A stretch of 24,047 nt of DNA, taken from positions 1-24,047 of the forward strand of contig CAZCAK010000001.1 of the NCBI GenBank assembly GCA_964496605.1, in the 5' to 3' direction. Shown piece by piece: positions 1 to 8,974 of the stretch (positions within the stretch are counted from its first letter, which is position 1; every line of letters starts with the position of its first letter). The stretch is from an uncultured Acidiferrobacteraceae bacterium. Its GTDB lineage: Bacteria > Pseudomonadota > Gammaproteobacteria > Acidiferrobacterales > CAZCAK01. The translations under genes and the position numbers were made by a program. A model generated the notes under the pieces. That model was not told the DNA's origin and did no database searches. It was given only the letters and a program-made list of their open reading frames with translations.

Positions 1-1
1 C

Positions 2-91
2 GGTTACATCCGATTACGCGCCGGGCACCACGACGACATGGGCTTCAACGCGCGCCCACGCTGGGCCCTCACCGAGCTTAGTGCGGCATGA
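2..91 (+). CDS. tsaD: 3' end (partial) of tRNA N6-adenosine threonylcarbamoyltransferase TsaD
   Basis: Not in the ORF track. Frame from position 2 reads GYIRLRAGHHDDMGFNARPRWALTELSAA-stop (TGA 89-91), resembling the TsaD C-terminus (..RPRWPLAELPAA). tsaD next to plsY is a conserved gammaproteobacterial arrangement. Confidence 0.8.
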   Translation, partial: GYIRLRAGHHDDMGFNARPRWALTELSAA

Positions 92-92
92 T

Positions 93-674
93 TCATTGAC
101 CGATCTTGGTTTCGCGTCCGCTGATGAGATTGCGCATATTGCTGCGGTGACGCCAGAGCAATAACGCGGACATGAGGCTTGTCACCACAAGATAAGCGCT
201 GGTAGGCACCAGCCAATAGACATAGAGCGGCGCCAGAACCGCGGTGATCATCGCCGCCAGCGACGAATAGCGAAACACCAGTGCGAGCGCAATCCAGGTT
301 GCGGCTAATAAAAGCCCGAGCCAAGTATTGAGCCCGAGAAAAACACCAAGCGCGGTCGCAACGCCTTTGCCACCACGAAAGGCAAAAAACACTGGAAAAA
401 CGTGACCGAGGAACGCCGCCAGCATCACCGCGGCGATCACTGTCGGCTCGGCACCGACGGCACGTGCGATGAGCACGGGGATCACGCCTTTAAGGATATC
501 GCCCAATAGCGTGAAGATGGCGGCTTTTTTGCCGCCAACGCGTAGGACATTGGTGGCACCGGGATTACCGGAACCGACCTTACGCGGATCTTGCAGACCC
601 ATCGCACGCGAGACCAAAATCGCCGCGGAGATCGATCCCATCAGATACGCAATAAACGTCAACCAATAGAGCAC
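93..674 (-). CDS. plsY: Glycerol-3-phosphate acyltransferase PlsY
   Basis: Motifs YLMGSI, GSGNPGATNVLR, DILKG, GHVFPVF..FRGGKGVAT. GTG start with AGGAGG upstream. Confidence 0.96.
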   Translation of the reverse strand: MLYWLTFIAYLMGSISAAILVSRAMGLQDPRKVGSGNPGATNVLRVGGKKAAIFTLLGDILKGVIPVLIARAVGAEPTVIAAVMLAAFLGHVFPVFFAFRGGKGVATALGVFLGLNTWLGLLLAATWIALALVFRYSSLAAMITAVLAPLYVYWLVPTSAYLVVTSLMSALLLWRHRSNMRNLISGRETKIGQ

Positions 675-796
675 CGCTTCCTCCTGCCAAGACAGCCTCG
701 GCGTTTTTCGTTATAGTGGATCGCAGCCGCCGATACAACGCCGACCATCACCGCGCCTTCTATTCACTACTAGCCTTTTATTATCAATAGCCCCGA

Positions 797-1165
797 ATGG
801 ACATTATTTATTTACACGATTTAAAGATCGACTGCGTCGTCGGTATCTGGGCCTGGGAGCGTCAAACCACTCAGCGCGTCGTATTCGACCTCGACATGGC
901 GCTCGACGTGCGCAAGGCCGCGGCACGCGACCACATCGACGATACCGTGAACTATAAAGCCGTCGCCAAGCGCATCATTGCCTTCGTCGGCGAATCGAAA
1001 TTTCAATTGGTCGAAACCTTGGCGGAGCAAGTTGCGGAACTCATTGTGCGCGAGTTCGCGGTCGAGTGGGTGCGGTTGCGGGTAAACAAGAAAGGTGCGA
1101 TTCGCGGCGCCGCCGATGTCGGCGTGATTATCGAGCGACGCCGTTCCGATGTGAAATCGTTATAG
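797..1165 (+). CDS. folB: Dihydroneopterin aldolase
   Basis: GIWAWER, DTVNY, FQLVETLAE, VRLRVNK and VGVIIER motifs; divergent from plsY as usual. Confidence 0.95.
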   Translation: MDIIYLHDLKIDCVVGIWAWERQTTQRVVFDLDMALDVRKAAARDHIDDTVNYKAVAKRIIAFVGESKFQLVETLAEQVAELIVREFAVEWVRLRVNKKGAIRGAADVGVIIERRRSDVKSL

Positions 1166-1921
1166 AACGATGGAGCGTCCGGCATCGACCGCGAGAATTT
1201 GTCCGGTGATGTACGGCGCATCTTGAATAAGGAACAACATCGTACGCGCAATATCGTCGGGGCTGCCCGGGCGGCGCAAAGGCGTGCGCGACAAAATTTT
1301 TTCTTTGACCTCATCGCTCAGCACTTCCGCACCGTTCTCGTCCTCCGGCCAGAGAATCGTCCCTGGCGCAATGGCATTTACCCGCACCGCCGGTGCCAGC
1401 TCGCGCGCAAGCGACTTGGTGAGCATGATCAAACCAGCCTTGGCGATACTATATATAGGATAGGTCTTGAGCGGCTGTGCACCGTAAATATCGACGACGT
1501 TGACGATACAGCCGTGGTTTGCGGTCAGCTGTGGTGCACATAATTGCGCAAGAAAAAACGGCCCCTTGAGATTCGAGCCGATCAGTTGATCCCAATCGTG
1601 CTCCGTGGCGCTGCCGATCGGCGTCGGATAAAAACTAGAGGCGTTGTTGATCAGTACATCGATACGTCCAAAGGTATCCAGCGCCGCATCGCGAATGTGC
1701 GCGAGCGCTTCGGTCCGCGTCAAATCGGCTTGCGCCAATGCCACGGAGCGTGCGCGCTTTTGTTCGAGCTCGCGCTGCAATGCCTGTGCATCACGCGCGG
1801 AACCACGATAATGCACCACGACGTTGGCGCCCTGCGCATGTACGCGCCGCGCCACTTCGGCGCCGACGCGACGCGCGGCACCGGTAATGACCACGACCTT
1901 ATCTTTTAATGTGGAATTCAT
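1160..1921 (-). CDS. Pteridine reductase (FolM/PTR1-like short-chain dehydrogenase)
   Basis: TGAARRVG nucleotide-binding motif, NNASSFYPT, catalytic YSIAK (YxxxK), VRVNAIAPG; adjacent to folB. Confidence 0.88.
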   Translation of the reverse strand: MNSTLKDKVVVITGAARRVGAEVARRVHAQGANVVVHYRGSARDAQALQRELEQKRARSVALAQADLTRTEALAHIRDAALDTFGRIDVLINNASSFYPTPIGSATEHDWDQLIGSNLKGPFFLAQLCAPQLTANHGCIVNVVDIYGAQPLKTYPIYSIAKAGLIMLTKSLARELAPAVRVNAIAPGTILWPEDENGAEVLSDEVKEKILSRTPLRRPGSPDDIARTMLFLIQDAPYITGQILAVDAGRSIVL

Positions 1922-1999
1922 CGCTCATTTCGGCGTTATGCGTAAAGCTGCCACAATAGCGCGGATGCGTATGCCTGCCAATCGAACCCACCGCCGACC

Positions 2000-3187
2000 A
2001 TGAACACCGTCGACCGTGTCATCGCGACAATGAATGCCCGCGTTGTCGAAGGTTTGCCATCACCGAGCCCCGACGAACGCGCCCTCTCGGACCGGTTGGT
2101 GGCGCGCATCGTACAAGAAATTACCAAATGCCATGCGATCGACTTTGCACGCTTTATGGAGCTTGCCTTGTACACGCCGGGCTTGGGCTATTACAGCGCC
2201 GGCCGGCAAAAATTCGGCGAAGGCGGCGATTTCGTGACGGCACCGGAATTATCGCCGTTATTTTCGCGCATGCTCGCGCGTCAATGTGCCGAAATATTGC
2301 TTGAGCTTAGCGGTGGCGACATTCTCGAATTCGGCGCCGGCAGCGGTGCCATGGCGGCGACCATACTCGCGGAGTTGCAAGCACTCAATGCGGTACCCCG
2401 GCGCTATGCCATCCTCGAACTCAGTCCGGACTTGCGCCAACGCCAACAGGCGCTTATTCGCGAACGGCTGCCGGCGTTGTTCCCCCGAGTCGAATGGCTC
2501 GACCAACTGCCCGGTTCCTTTCGCGGCGTTGTACTGGGTAATGAGGTATTGGACGCAATGCCGGTGCAATGTTTCATCGTCACTAGCGACGGTGCGCGCT
2601 TGCTCGAAATTGCGCAGACTCGGGGGCGTTTTTTTTGGCAACTCGGCGCAGTCGCGCGGGACATCGATGAGCGCATCGCCGCTTACGCCTTGCCGATCGG
2701 TTATGTCTCGGAGACAAATGGGCACGCCGAGGCCTGGGTACGCAGTATCGGCGATCGGCTTGAAGCCGGCGCGATACTCCTCGTCGATTACGGCTTTCCG
2801 CGCGCCGAGTTTTACCATCCGCAACGCAGCACCGGCACGCTGATGTGCCATTACCGGCATCGCGCCCACGGGGATCCACTGATCAATATCGGTCTGCAGG
2901 ACATCACCGCGCATGTTGATTTTACTGCCATGGCGGAGGCGGCATCATCTACCGGGCTCGATGTGCTCGGCTATTCCAGCCAGGCGGCGTTTTTGCTGTC
3001 ACTCGGAATTGCCGACGCCATCAACGATAGTACGCAGCCCTTGCCGCATCTGATCCTCGCACAGCAAATCAAAAAGCTGACTCTGCCTTCGGAAATGGGC
3101 GAGCTATTTAAGGTCATCGCCTTCGGACGTGGGCTGGCGTCGCCGCTACGCGGTTTTCAAATGCAAGACCGTCGCAGTCGTTTGTAA
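2000..3187 (+). CDS. SAM-dependent methyltransferase, MidA/NDUFAF7 (DUF185) family
   Basis: FARFMELALYTPGLGYY, GDFVTAPELS, LEFGAGSG, NEVLDAMP, DYG, QDITAHVDF. Start could be 2000 or 2030. Confidence 0.88.
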   Translation: MNTVDRVIATMNARVVEGLPSPSPDERALSDRLVARIVQEITKCHAIDFARFMELALYTPGLGYYSAGRQKFGEGGDFVTAPELSPLFSRMLARQCAEILLELSGGDILEFGAGSGAMAATILAELQALNAVPRRYAILELSPDLRQRQQALIRERLPALFPRVEWLDQLPGSFRGVVLGNEVLDAMPVQCFIVTSDGARLLEIAQTRGRFFWQLGAVARDIDERIAAYALPIGYVSETNGHAEAWVRSIGDRLEAGAILLVDYGFPRAEFYHPQRSTGTLMCHYRHRAHGDPLINIGLQDITAHVDFTAMAEAASSTGLDVLGYSSQAAFLLSLGIADAINDSTQPLPHLILAQQIKKLTLPSEMGELFKVIAFGRGLASPLRGFQMQDRRSRL

Positions 3188-3198
3188 TGGTATAAAAT
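3188..3198 (+). promoter_or_regulatory. Candidate extended -10 element for the lactonase gene
   Basis: TGGTATAAAAT (TGn-TATAAA) just after the methyltransferase stop and about 45 nt before the GTG at 3243. Confidence 0.4.
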
Positions 3199-3242
3199 TG
3201 CCGGGCGCCACACGGGCGTCTTGCCGAAAAAAGGAAAACACC

Positions 3243-4097
3243 GTGAATAAAATCGTTTCGCAAATCTTGGTTCTTGGAGTCGTCGGACTCGCGGCCATCG
3301 GTTGCGCGCACAAACCCGCGGCACAAACAAACGTCGGACCGAAGCTGTACGTCATGAATTGCGGCACCATCGATATCGCCGATATCTCGGTGTTCCGCCC
3401 GGGACAAAACATCGGTGAGCACAAACGGTTTACCGATTCTTGCTACCTCATCGTGCATCCGAAGGGAACGTTGATGTGGGACACCGGCCTACCGGACGCG
3501 CTTGCGGAAAAACCCGCCGGCGTGACCATGGGGGTGTTCACCGTGAGCGTGCAAAAGCCGCTGCTGCCACAACTCAAGGCGATCGGCTATCCACCGCAGG
3601 ACATCGACTACGTGGCGTTCTCACATATGCATATGGATCACGCCGGCAATGCCAATGCCTTTGCGCGCTCAAAGCTGATTATGCAAGAAGAGGAGTACCG
3701 CGCCGCATTCGGCCCCGAGCCGAGCAAATACCGTTTCGATCCCAACTCGTACAGCAACCTCAAAGCGAGCCCGGTTAAATTATTGACCGGTGACTACGAT
3801 CTCTTCGGCGACGGTACCGTCGTCATTCGGCGCGCACCGGGACATACCCCAGGGCACCAAGCCCTGTTTTTAAAGCTGGCCAAGACCGGCAATATTTTAT
3901 TGTCCGGCGATTTGGTGCACTTCACCGACAACTGGCTCGAGAAGCGCGTACCTTCGTTCAATTACGACAAGGAGCAGTCTTTAAAAACGATGCAAGACAC
4001 CGAGAAGTTTTTGAAAGATCATCATGCGACGTTATGGATCCAGCATGATCTCGAGCAAAATCAAAACATCAAACACGCGCCGGAGTATTATGAATAA
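3243..4097 (+). CDS. N-acyl-homoserine-lactonase-family metallo-beta-lactamase-fold hydrolase, predicted lipoprotein (284 aa)
   Basis: HMHMDH (HxHxDH, 3624-3641), GHTPGH, SGDLVH and C-terminal WIQHD. Start moved from 3129 to GTG 3243 (AAGGA upstream), giving MNKIVSQILVLGVVGLAAIG-C, a lipobox-like signal. Confidence 0.82.
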   Translation: MNKIVSQILVLGVVGLAAIGCAHKPAAQTNVGPKLYVMNCGTIDIADISVFRPGQNIGEHKRFTDSCYLIVHPKGTLMWDTGLPDALAEKPAGVTMGVFTVSVQKPLLPQLKAIGYPPQDIDYVAFSHMHMDHAGNANAFARSKLIMQEEEYRAAFGPEPSKYRFDPNSYSNLKASPVKLLTGDYDLFGDGTVVIRRAPGHTPGHQALFLKLAKTGNILLSGDLVHFTDNWLEKRVPSFNYDKEQSLKTMQDTEKFLKDHHATLWIQHDLEQNQNIKHAPEYYE

Positions 4098-4122
4098 CGC
4101 CGGTCCAACGCGCTAAAGATTT

Positions 4123-4142
4123 AAAAACGGGAATTATCCCGT
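4123..4142 (-). terminator. Candidate intrinsic terminator downstream of the CbbO-like gene
   Basis: ACGGGA-ATTA-TCCCGT hairpin (4127-4142) with an A-run on its left, i.e. a T-run after it on the minus strand. Confidence 0.45.
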
Positions 4143-4207
4143 CATGCGCGCACGACTTCGGTGAGAAGCGCGGTATCCGCGTGTTCTTTGGGCGGGCAAC
4201 AACACAT

Positions 4208-6733
4208 TTACCGCCGCAATCTCAAATAAATCTCGGGCAATTTTTTCGGCAATTGATTCACACGATCGATCACCATGTAATGTCCAGCACCGAATATTTT
4301 CGGTAAATATTCCGCGCCGGCGGGATCGAGCGTGATGCAAAACGGATGCACGCCCTGATCGATCGCCTCCTTCACCGCCATGCGCGTATCTTCATGCAAA
4401 TATTTTTCGTCGCCGCCATCATCGTAATCGGCCGGTCGACCATCCGAAAGGATCATGAGCAATCGTCGTTGACTCGGCGCGTCGCTAAAGCGATGCACCG
4501 CGTGACGAATCGCCGCACCCATGCGCGTGGCGAGGCGCCCGGATAAGCCGCCGATCAGTGCGCGCGCCTTCGTGTCGAGGCGGCGATCGAATGTCTTGAT
4601 CGGATAATAGCTAACGTTGTCGCGATATTTAGACGCAAAGCCGGCAATGGCGTAAGGGTCGCCGACCTGTTCCAAGCTTTCGGCGAATAGTAGGATCGCC
4701 GCACGCAATCGATCGACGATCCGCCCTTCACCTTCGCTGGTCTTGGCCATGATCGAGGTCGAGATATCGGCCAACAATAGGCAAGCAGTATCGCGCTGCA
4801 TGAAGTGCCGTCGCCGATATAACGCCGGCTTCGGCGATAAGCCGGCACGTTTTTCCGCGACATACTGAATCGCGGCTTCGATATCCAGCTCGTCGCCGTC
4901 CAATTGGCGTCGCTGCGGCGCCGGGCGTGTCGGCTTTTGCATCTGAATCGCGCGCTTGAGCCGCTGCAAACTATTGGCGTGTTGTGCGAGTAAGTTATTC
5001 GCCTCCGTAAGATCGGTCTCGTCGAGCTCGCGCTCCTGCACCCAGGCCCAATTACGCTTAAACGCGCCATCGCGATAGTCCCATTCGTGATAGGCAACGC
5101 CTTGCGCGCTGTGATCGCGACCGCGCGCGTATCCAATGACATTCGCCGGTTGCGGAATGCCGACGCCGACACGGCCGCCGGTACCGCTAGTGTCCTCCGG
5201 CGGGATGTCGAAATCGGGATCGTCGCCTTGCGCGGCCTTAGGGATGTCACGCGCGTCGGGATTCGGTTTGATCTCATCTTTTTTGACGATGTCGTCGCGA
5301 TCGAACGTACCGGTACCGAATTCAGCATCGTCGAGCTCGGCGCGTGGATAGATCGCGCGCGCGGCATTCGGCCCGCGCGCCGGTAAATAACAATCCGCGC
5401 GCAGTTTGAGTTCGGGAATTGGCGGTAGGTTGGTGTCGCGATACAGCACATTGGCAATATTGAATGCGTCCACTATCGTGGCGTCGCGACGAAGCAATGG
5501 CGTCAGCCGCGCATCCAGCGTCTCAAGCCCGAGCGCACCCATGAGGGTCGCGCGCGCGAACAGATAATATTCACGCGCCGGCGATGCGCTTGGGGTTTGT
5601 GCTTGCGCCAGACGATACAAGCGCGCCAAATGATTCGGTACTTGCGCATTGATCGCATAGTCCACGCGCAAATCTTCGCAAATATCGAACAACAGCTGAA
5701 AGCGCAACATATTATCGCCATAGTGCGCAAACAGCGGCCGCCAGGTGATACGTTGCCGATCATCGAGTGGTGGGTGCTCGCGTCCGACGGTGCGAAATAA
5801 AGCCTCGATATAGCGTCGCTCGTAGGAATGAAACGCCAAGTGCCCGGCCGCATGAATCACTGCCGTCAGCGCCTCATCGCGCGTCGGCAAGGCCGCCGGT
5901 AAATACAGGCTGCGAGCGTCGGTTTCGATGAAGGCACGCCCTTGATCCGGCGTCCAGCCACTGTCCTCGAACTCAACGCGCTCGCGGAACCACACCGCGG
6001 TCACAAGTTGCAATAGCCGCTGATGTTCCGCTAAGCGAAACCCCGGCATGTGTTCCAATAACAGCGCCAGACTTTCCGGTGTCTCTAAGCGAAAGAACGC
6101 CTCGCCGCGCAAGCGGCCCGCCTGCATGATGTCGGCGCCGCGCTGGGCCCACGGGCGCACCGACTCGACACCCAATAAATCGCGCACGCGAATCGCGCCA
6201 CGCAAGTAGCTCCCGAGCGCCAGTCGACGTTGAAACAATTCGTCCGCAGGGGCCAGTAGCGCCTCGATCGCGGCAATACCGGCACCGCCAGTAAACTCAC
6301 CGATATCGGTACGAAAGTAGGCAATGCCGCTATCGAGATGGCGTGCGCACCAGTCAAGCCCGATTTCGGCCCAGCGCACCTCGCCGGTGGCGCCGAGCTG
6401 CGCGTACGCCTGCGGCAGCTGTTGCATGAAACCCTCGAGCGCCTTGTATGAGCCGCGCCATTGCGCAAAATTCAGCGCCTGTTCAGTCCAGGGCCGCACG
6501 GCATTGGCGGCTTGCGCCGCGGCGATACTGCCACGAATAAAACTTTTACCAGCGTCGCGATCATGCATGAATAACGTTTTGCACGCGTTGACCCATAGCA
6601 ACGCCGTGGCGGCGCCGAAACGTTCGATCGCCGGCAGCGCTGCGGCGGTATCGCGATGCGCAACGAAGCTGATCTCTTCCAGATCAACCAGGACTTGCTG
6701 AATCGCGGCGAGTGTTTCTAATTCTGACATCAT
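4208..6733 (-). CDS. CbbO/NorD-type von Willebrand factor A domain protein (AAA+ adaptor), 841 aa
   Basis: YHEWDY motif, DGDELDIEAAI, MIDAS DISTS ... TRMGAAIRHA ... LSDGRPAD, C-terminal LPKKLPEIYLRL; directly downstream of a CbbQ-type ATPase. Confidence 0.88.
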   Translation of the reverse strand: MMSELETLAAIQQVLVDLEEISFVAHRDTAAALPAIERFGAATALLWVNACKTLFMHDRDAGKSFIRGSIAAAQAANAVRPWTEQALNFAQWRGSYKALEGFMQQLPQAYAQLGATGEVRWAEIGLDWCARHLDSGIAYFRTDIGEFTGGAGIAAIEALLAPADELFQRRLALGSYLRGAIRVRDLLGVESVRPWAQRGADIMQAGRLRGEAFFRLETPESLALLLEHMPGFRLAEHQRLLQLVTAVWFRERVEFEDSGWTPDQGRAFIETDARSLYLPAALPTRDEALTAVIHAAGHLAFHSYERRYIEALFRTVGREHPPLDDRQRITWRPLFAHYGDNMLRFQLLFDICEDLRVDYAINAQVPNHLARLYRLAQAQTPSASPAREYYLFARATLMGALGLETLDARLTPLLRRDATIVDAFNIANVLYRDTNLPPIPELKLRADCYLPARGPNAARAIYPRAELDDAEFGTGTFDRDDIVKKDEIKPNPDARDIPKAAQGDDPDFDIPPEDTSGTGGRVGVGIPQPANVIGYARGRDHSAQGVAYHEWDYRDGAFKRNWAWVQERELDETDLTEANNLLAQHANSLQRLKRAIQMQKPTRPAPQRRQLDGDELDIEAAIQYVAEKRAGLSPKPALYRRRHFMQRDTACLLLADISTSIMAKTSEGEGRIVDRLRAAILLFAESLEQVGDPYAIAGFASKYRDNVSYYPIKTFDRRLDTKARALIGGLSGRLATRMGAAIRHAVHRFSDAPSQRRLLMILSDGRPADYDDGGDEKYLHEDTRMAVKEAIDQGVHPFCITLDPAGAEYLPKIFGAGHYMVIDRVNQLPKKLPEIYLRLRR

Positions 6734-6784
6734 CAGCGTAGCAACTTGTCGCTACCAGCACCGTTGCCGATCCAGACACGGGGT

Positions 6785-7636
6785 CTAAAGCGCCTCACTA
6801 AAATGTGCGCGCATAATTTCGCGCATCGCCTCGGCGAGCTCGGCATCGTCGGTAACCGGATTTATCAGGGCGACTTCGCAGGCATCGAGCGGTGACAGGC
6901 CGGCCGCAATCATGTTTGCGGCATAAACTAAGGCACGCGTCGAGGTCGCTTCCTGCAAACCATGATCCTTGAGTACCCGCGCCTTGCGACCGGCGGCGAC
7001 AAGCTTGTTGATGATGTCGTCGCTTACGCCGGCGGCTTCATTTTTGACAACCTTGCGTTCGATGGCCTCGTTCGGATAGTCAAAATTAATACCGATGAAA
7101 CGCTGCTTGGTTGATGGCTTCAAATCTTTCAACACGGTTTGGTAACCAGGATTGTAGGAAATAACCAACATAAAATCTTCATGCGCCTCGATTTCCATAC
7201 CGCGCTTTTCCAATGGCAATTGGCGTCGATGATCCGTCAACGGATGAATCACCACGGTTGAATCGGTGCGTGCCTCGACGATCTCGTCGAGATAACAAAT
7301 CGCGCCGACCTTCACCGCGCGCGTCAGCGGCCCGTCTTGCCACACCGTCTGCTCGCCTTCTAACAAGTAACGCCCGACCAGATCCGAACTCGTCAGATCT
7401 TCGTGGCACGACACCGTGACAAGTGGCTTATTCAAGCGATGCGCCATATATTCGAGAAAGCGGGTCTTACCGCAACCGGTCGGTCCCTTGAGCATTACCG
7501 GTAAGCGCTTCTTGTAGGCCGCCTCGAAAATCACAACCTCGTTGGCCTGCGGTTCGTAATACGGCGCATCGCCGCTGCGCGGCTGTTGAATAATGTCGCG
7601 CTCGACACCGCGTAGGCGATTGATGAAATTCTTCAT
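6785..7636 (-). CDS. CbbQ/NirQ/NorQ-family MoxR AAA+ ATPase
   Basis: PYY..EV.IFEAAY..RLPVMLK, Walker [21 protein letters not shown], Walker [37 protein letters not shown]. Confidence 0.93.
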   Translation of the reverse strand: MKNFINRLRGVERDIIQQPRSGDAPYYEPQANEVVIFEAAYKKRLPVMLKGPTGCGKTRFLEYMAHRLNKPLVTVSCHEDLTSSDLVGRYLLEGEQTVWQDGPLTRAVKVGAICYLDEIVEARTDSTVVIHPLTDHRRQLPLEKRGMEIEAHEDFMLVISYNPGYQTVLKDLKPSTKQRFIGINFDYPNEAIERKVVKNEAAGVSDDIINKLVAAGRKARVLKDHGLQEATSTRALVYAANMIAAGLSPLDACEVALINPVTDDAELAEAMREIMRAHFSEAL

Positions 7637-7693
7637 GTGGCCTCAATCATGGAACGACAGCGGGCGCTCATGATAGCGGCGACGCGTCGAAAC

Positions 7694-8917
7694 TCAATGC
7701 GCCGTCGCAAACGCGTGTTTGGCAGCTGCAATCGCGGCGATGCGCTGCGCGCGGATTTGTTTTCCGATGGCGGCGCCGCTGGCACCAGGTTCGACCGTCG
7801 CGATGCCAATGTCTTTGGCGGCGTTGAATGCACGCATCAATAACGCCGCCTGTGGATAGGCGCGCTCTTCAAGGCCGGCGCGTCCGCGCGCGTCCGCCTC
7901 GCATGCGAGCGTGAACATTTGCGCGCGCTCCGGTTTACGAAACGCGTTCACGCCCTCCAAGGTCTTTAAGATGGTTTCCGGCTTGAGCTCCAGCACGCGA
8001 TGGCAGTGCAAATGATAACGGCTGACGACCTCGGCGAATTCGCGGTAATCGGTCGGTACGCGAAAACGCTGACAGAACCTGCGGATAATCTCGACGCCGC
8101 GCTCCTCGTGACCGATGTGTCGCGGCCACTCCGCCCGCGGAGTCGCGCCCTTACCGAGATCATGTACCAGGGCAGCGAAGCGGATGCGGACATCCATCGT
8201 CAAACGTGCCGCCTGGCGCAAGACCATGAGCGTGTGCACACCGGTATCGATCTCGGGGTGATGTTGCGGCGGTTGCGGCACGCCGAATAAGGCCTCTAGC
8301 TCCGGAAATAATTCGGCGTTCGCGCCGCAGTCCCGCAGCACCTCAAAAAAAATCCACGGTGCCTTTTCGCCCAGGGCGCGGCTGAGCTCCGCCCATACGC
8401 GCTCCGCCACCAGCGCCTTCATTTCGCCGGCGCGCACCAACTGGCGCATGAGTTCGAGCGTTTCATCGGCGATGCGAAACTCGAAACGCGCAGCGAAACG
8501 TGCGACGCGTAATACCCGCAGTGGGTCTTCCACAAATGCCGGGCTGACGTGACGCAAAATGCCTTCGCGCAAATCCTCCACGCCGCCGAACGGGTCGATC
8601 AGCGCGCCGTCCTCATCTTCGGCCATGGCGTTAATCGTGAGATCGCGCCGCGCCAAGTCCTGTTCTAGAGTGACGTCCGGCGCGGCGTATACGCTAAAGC
8701 CTTTATACCCTGGCCCAGTCTTGCGCTCGGTGCGCGCCAGGGCGTACTCGTATTTGGTCTGAGGATGCAGAAATACCGGGAAATCGGCGCCGACCAGCTT
8801 GAAACCGCGCGCGATCATTTCGTCCGGCGTTGCGCCGACCACGACGTAATCGCGGTCTTTAACCGCCAAACCGAGTAACCGATCGCGTACCGCGCCGCCA
8901 ACCAGATAAGTCTTCAT
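7694..8917 (-). CDS. cca: Multifunctional CCA tRNA nucleotidyltransferase with HD phosphatase domain
   Basis: [48 protein letters not shown]. Confidence 0.97.
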   Translation of the reverse strand: MKTYLVGGAVRDRLLGLAVKDRDYVVVGATPDEMIARGFKLVGADFPVFLHPQTKYEYALARTERKTGPGYKGFSVYAAPDVTLEQDLARRDLTINAMAEDEDGALIDPFGGVEDLREGILRHVSPAFVEDPLRVLRVARFAARFEFRIADETLELMRQLVRAGEMKALVAERVWAELSRALGEKAPWIFFEVLRDCGANAELFPELEALFGVPQPPQHHPEIDTGVHTLMVLRQAARLTMDVRIRFAALVHDLGKGATPRAEWPRHIGHEERGVEIIRRFCQRFRVPTDYREFAEVVSRYHLHCHRVLELKPETILKTLEGVNAFRKPERAQMFTLACEADARGRAGLEERAYPQAALLMRAFNAAKDIGIATVEPGASGAAIGKQIRAQRIAAIAAAKHAFATAH

Positions 8918-8952
8918 GGACTTATCGTAATCGGCCGCGCGCCGCGCAACAA
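8918..8952 (-). promoter_or_regulatory. Candidate sigma70 promoter of cca (possibly leaderless)
   Basis: Minus strand TTGTTG (8952-8947), 17 nt, TACGAT (8929-8924), 6 nt, ATG (8917); no SD. Confidence 0.45.
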
Positions 8953-8974
8953 CCGATGGTGCAGCTAAGGCGCG

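Noticed and set aside
3129-3242. Apparent 59-nt overlap of the lactonase with the methyltransferase
   Set aside because: Disappears when the start is set at GTG 3243, which has an SD and a signal peptide.
4555-5457. 300-aa alternative-frame ORF inside the CbbO-like gene
   Set aside because: R/S/P-rich with no motifs; typical shadow ORF in GC-rich coding DNA.
4208-7636. Calling the pair cbbQ/cbbO (carbon fixation) or norQ/norD (denitrification)
   Set aside because: The family is clear but no client gene is in the window, so symbols and pathway were not assigned.
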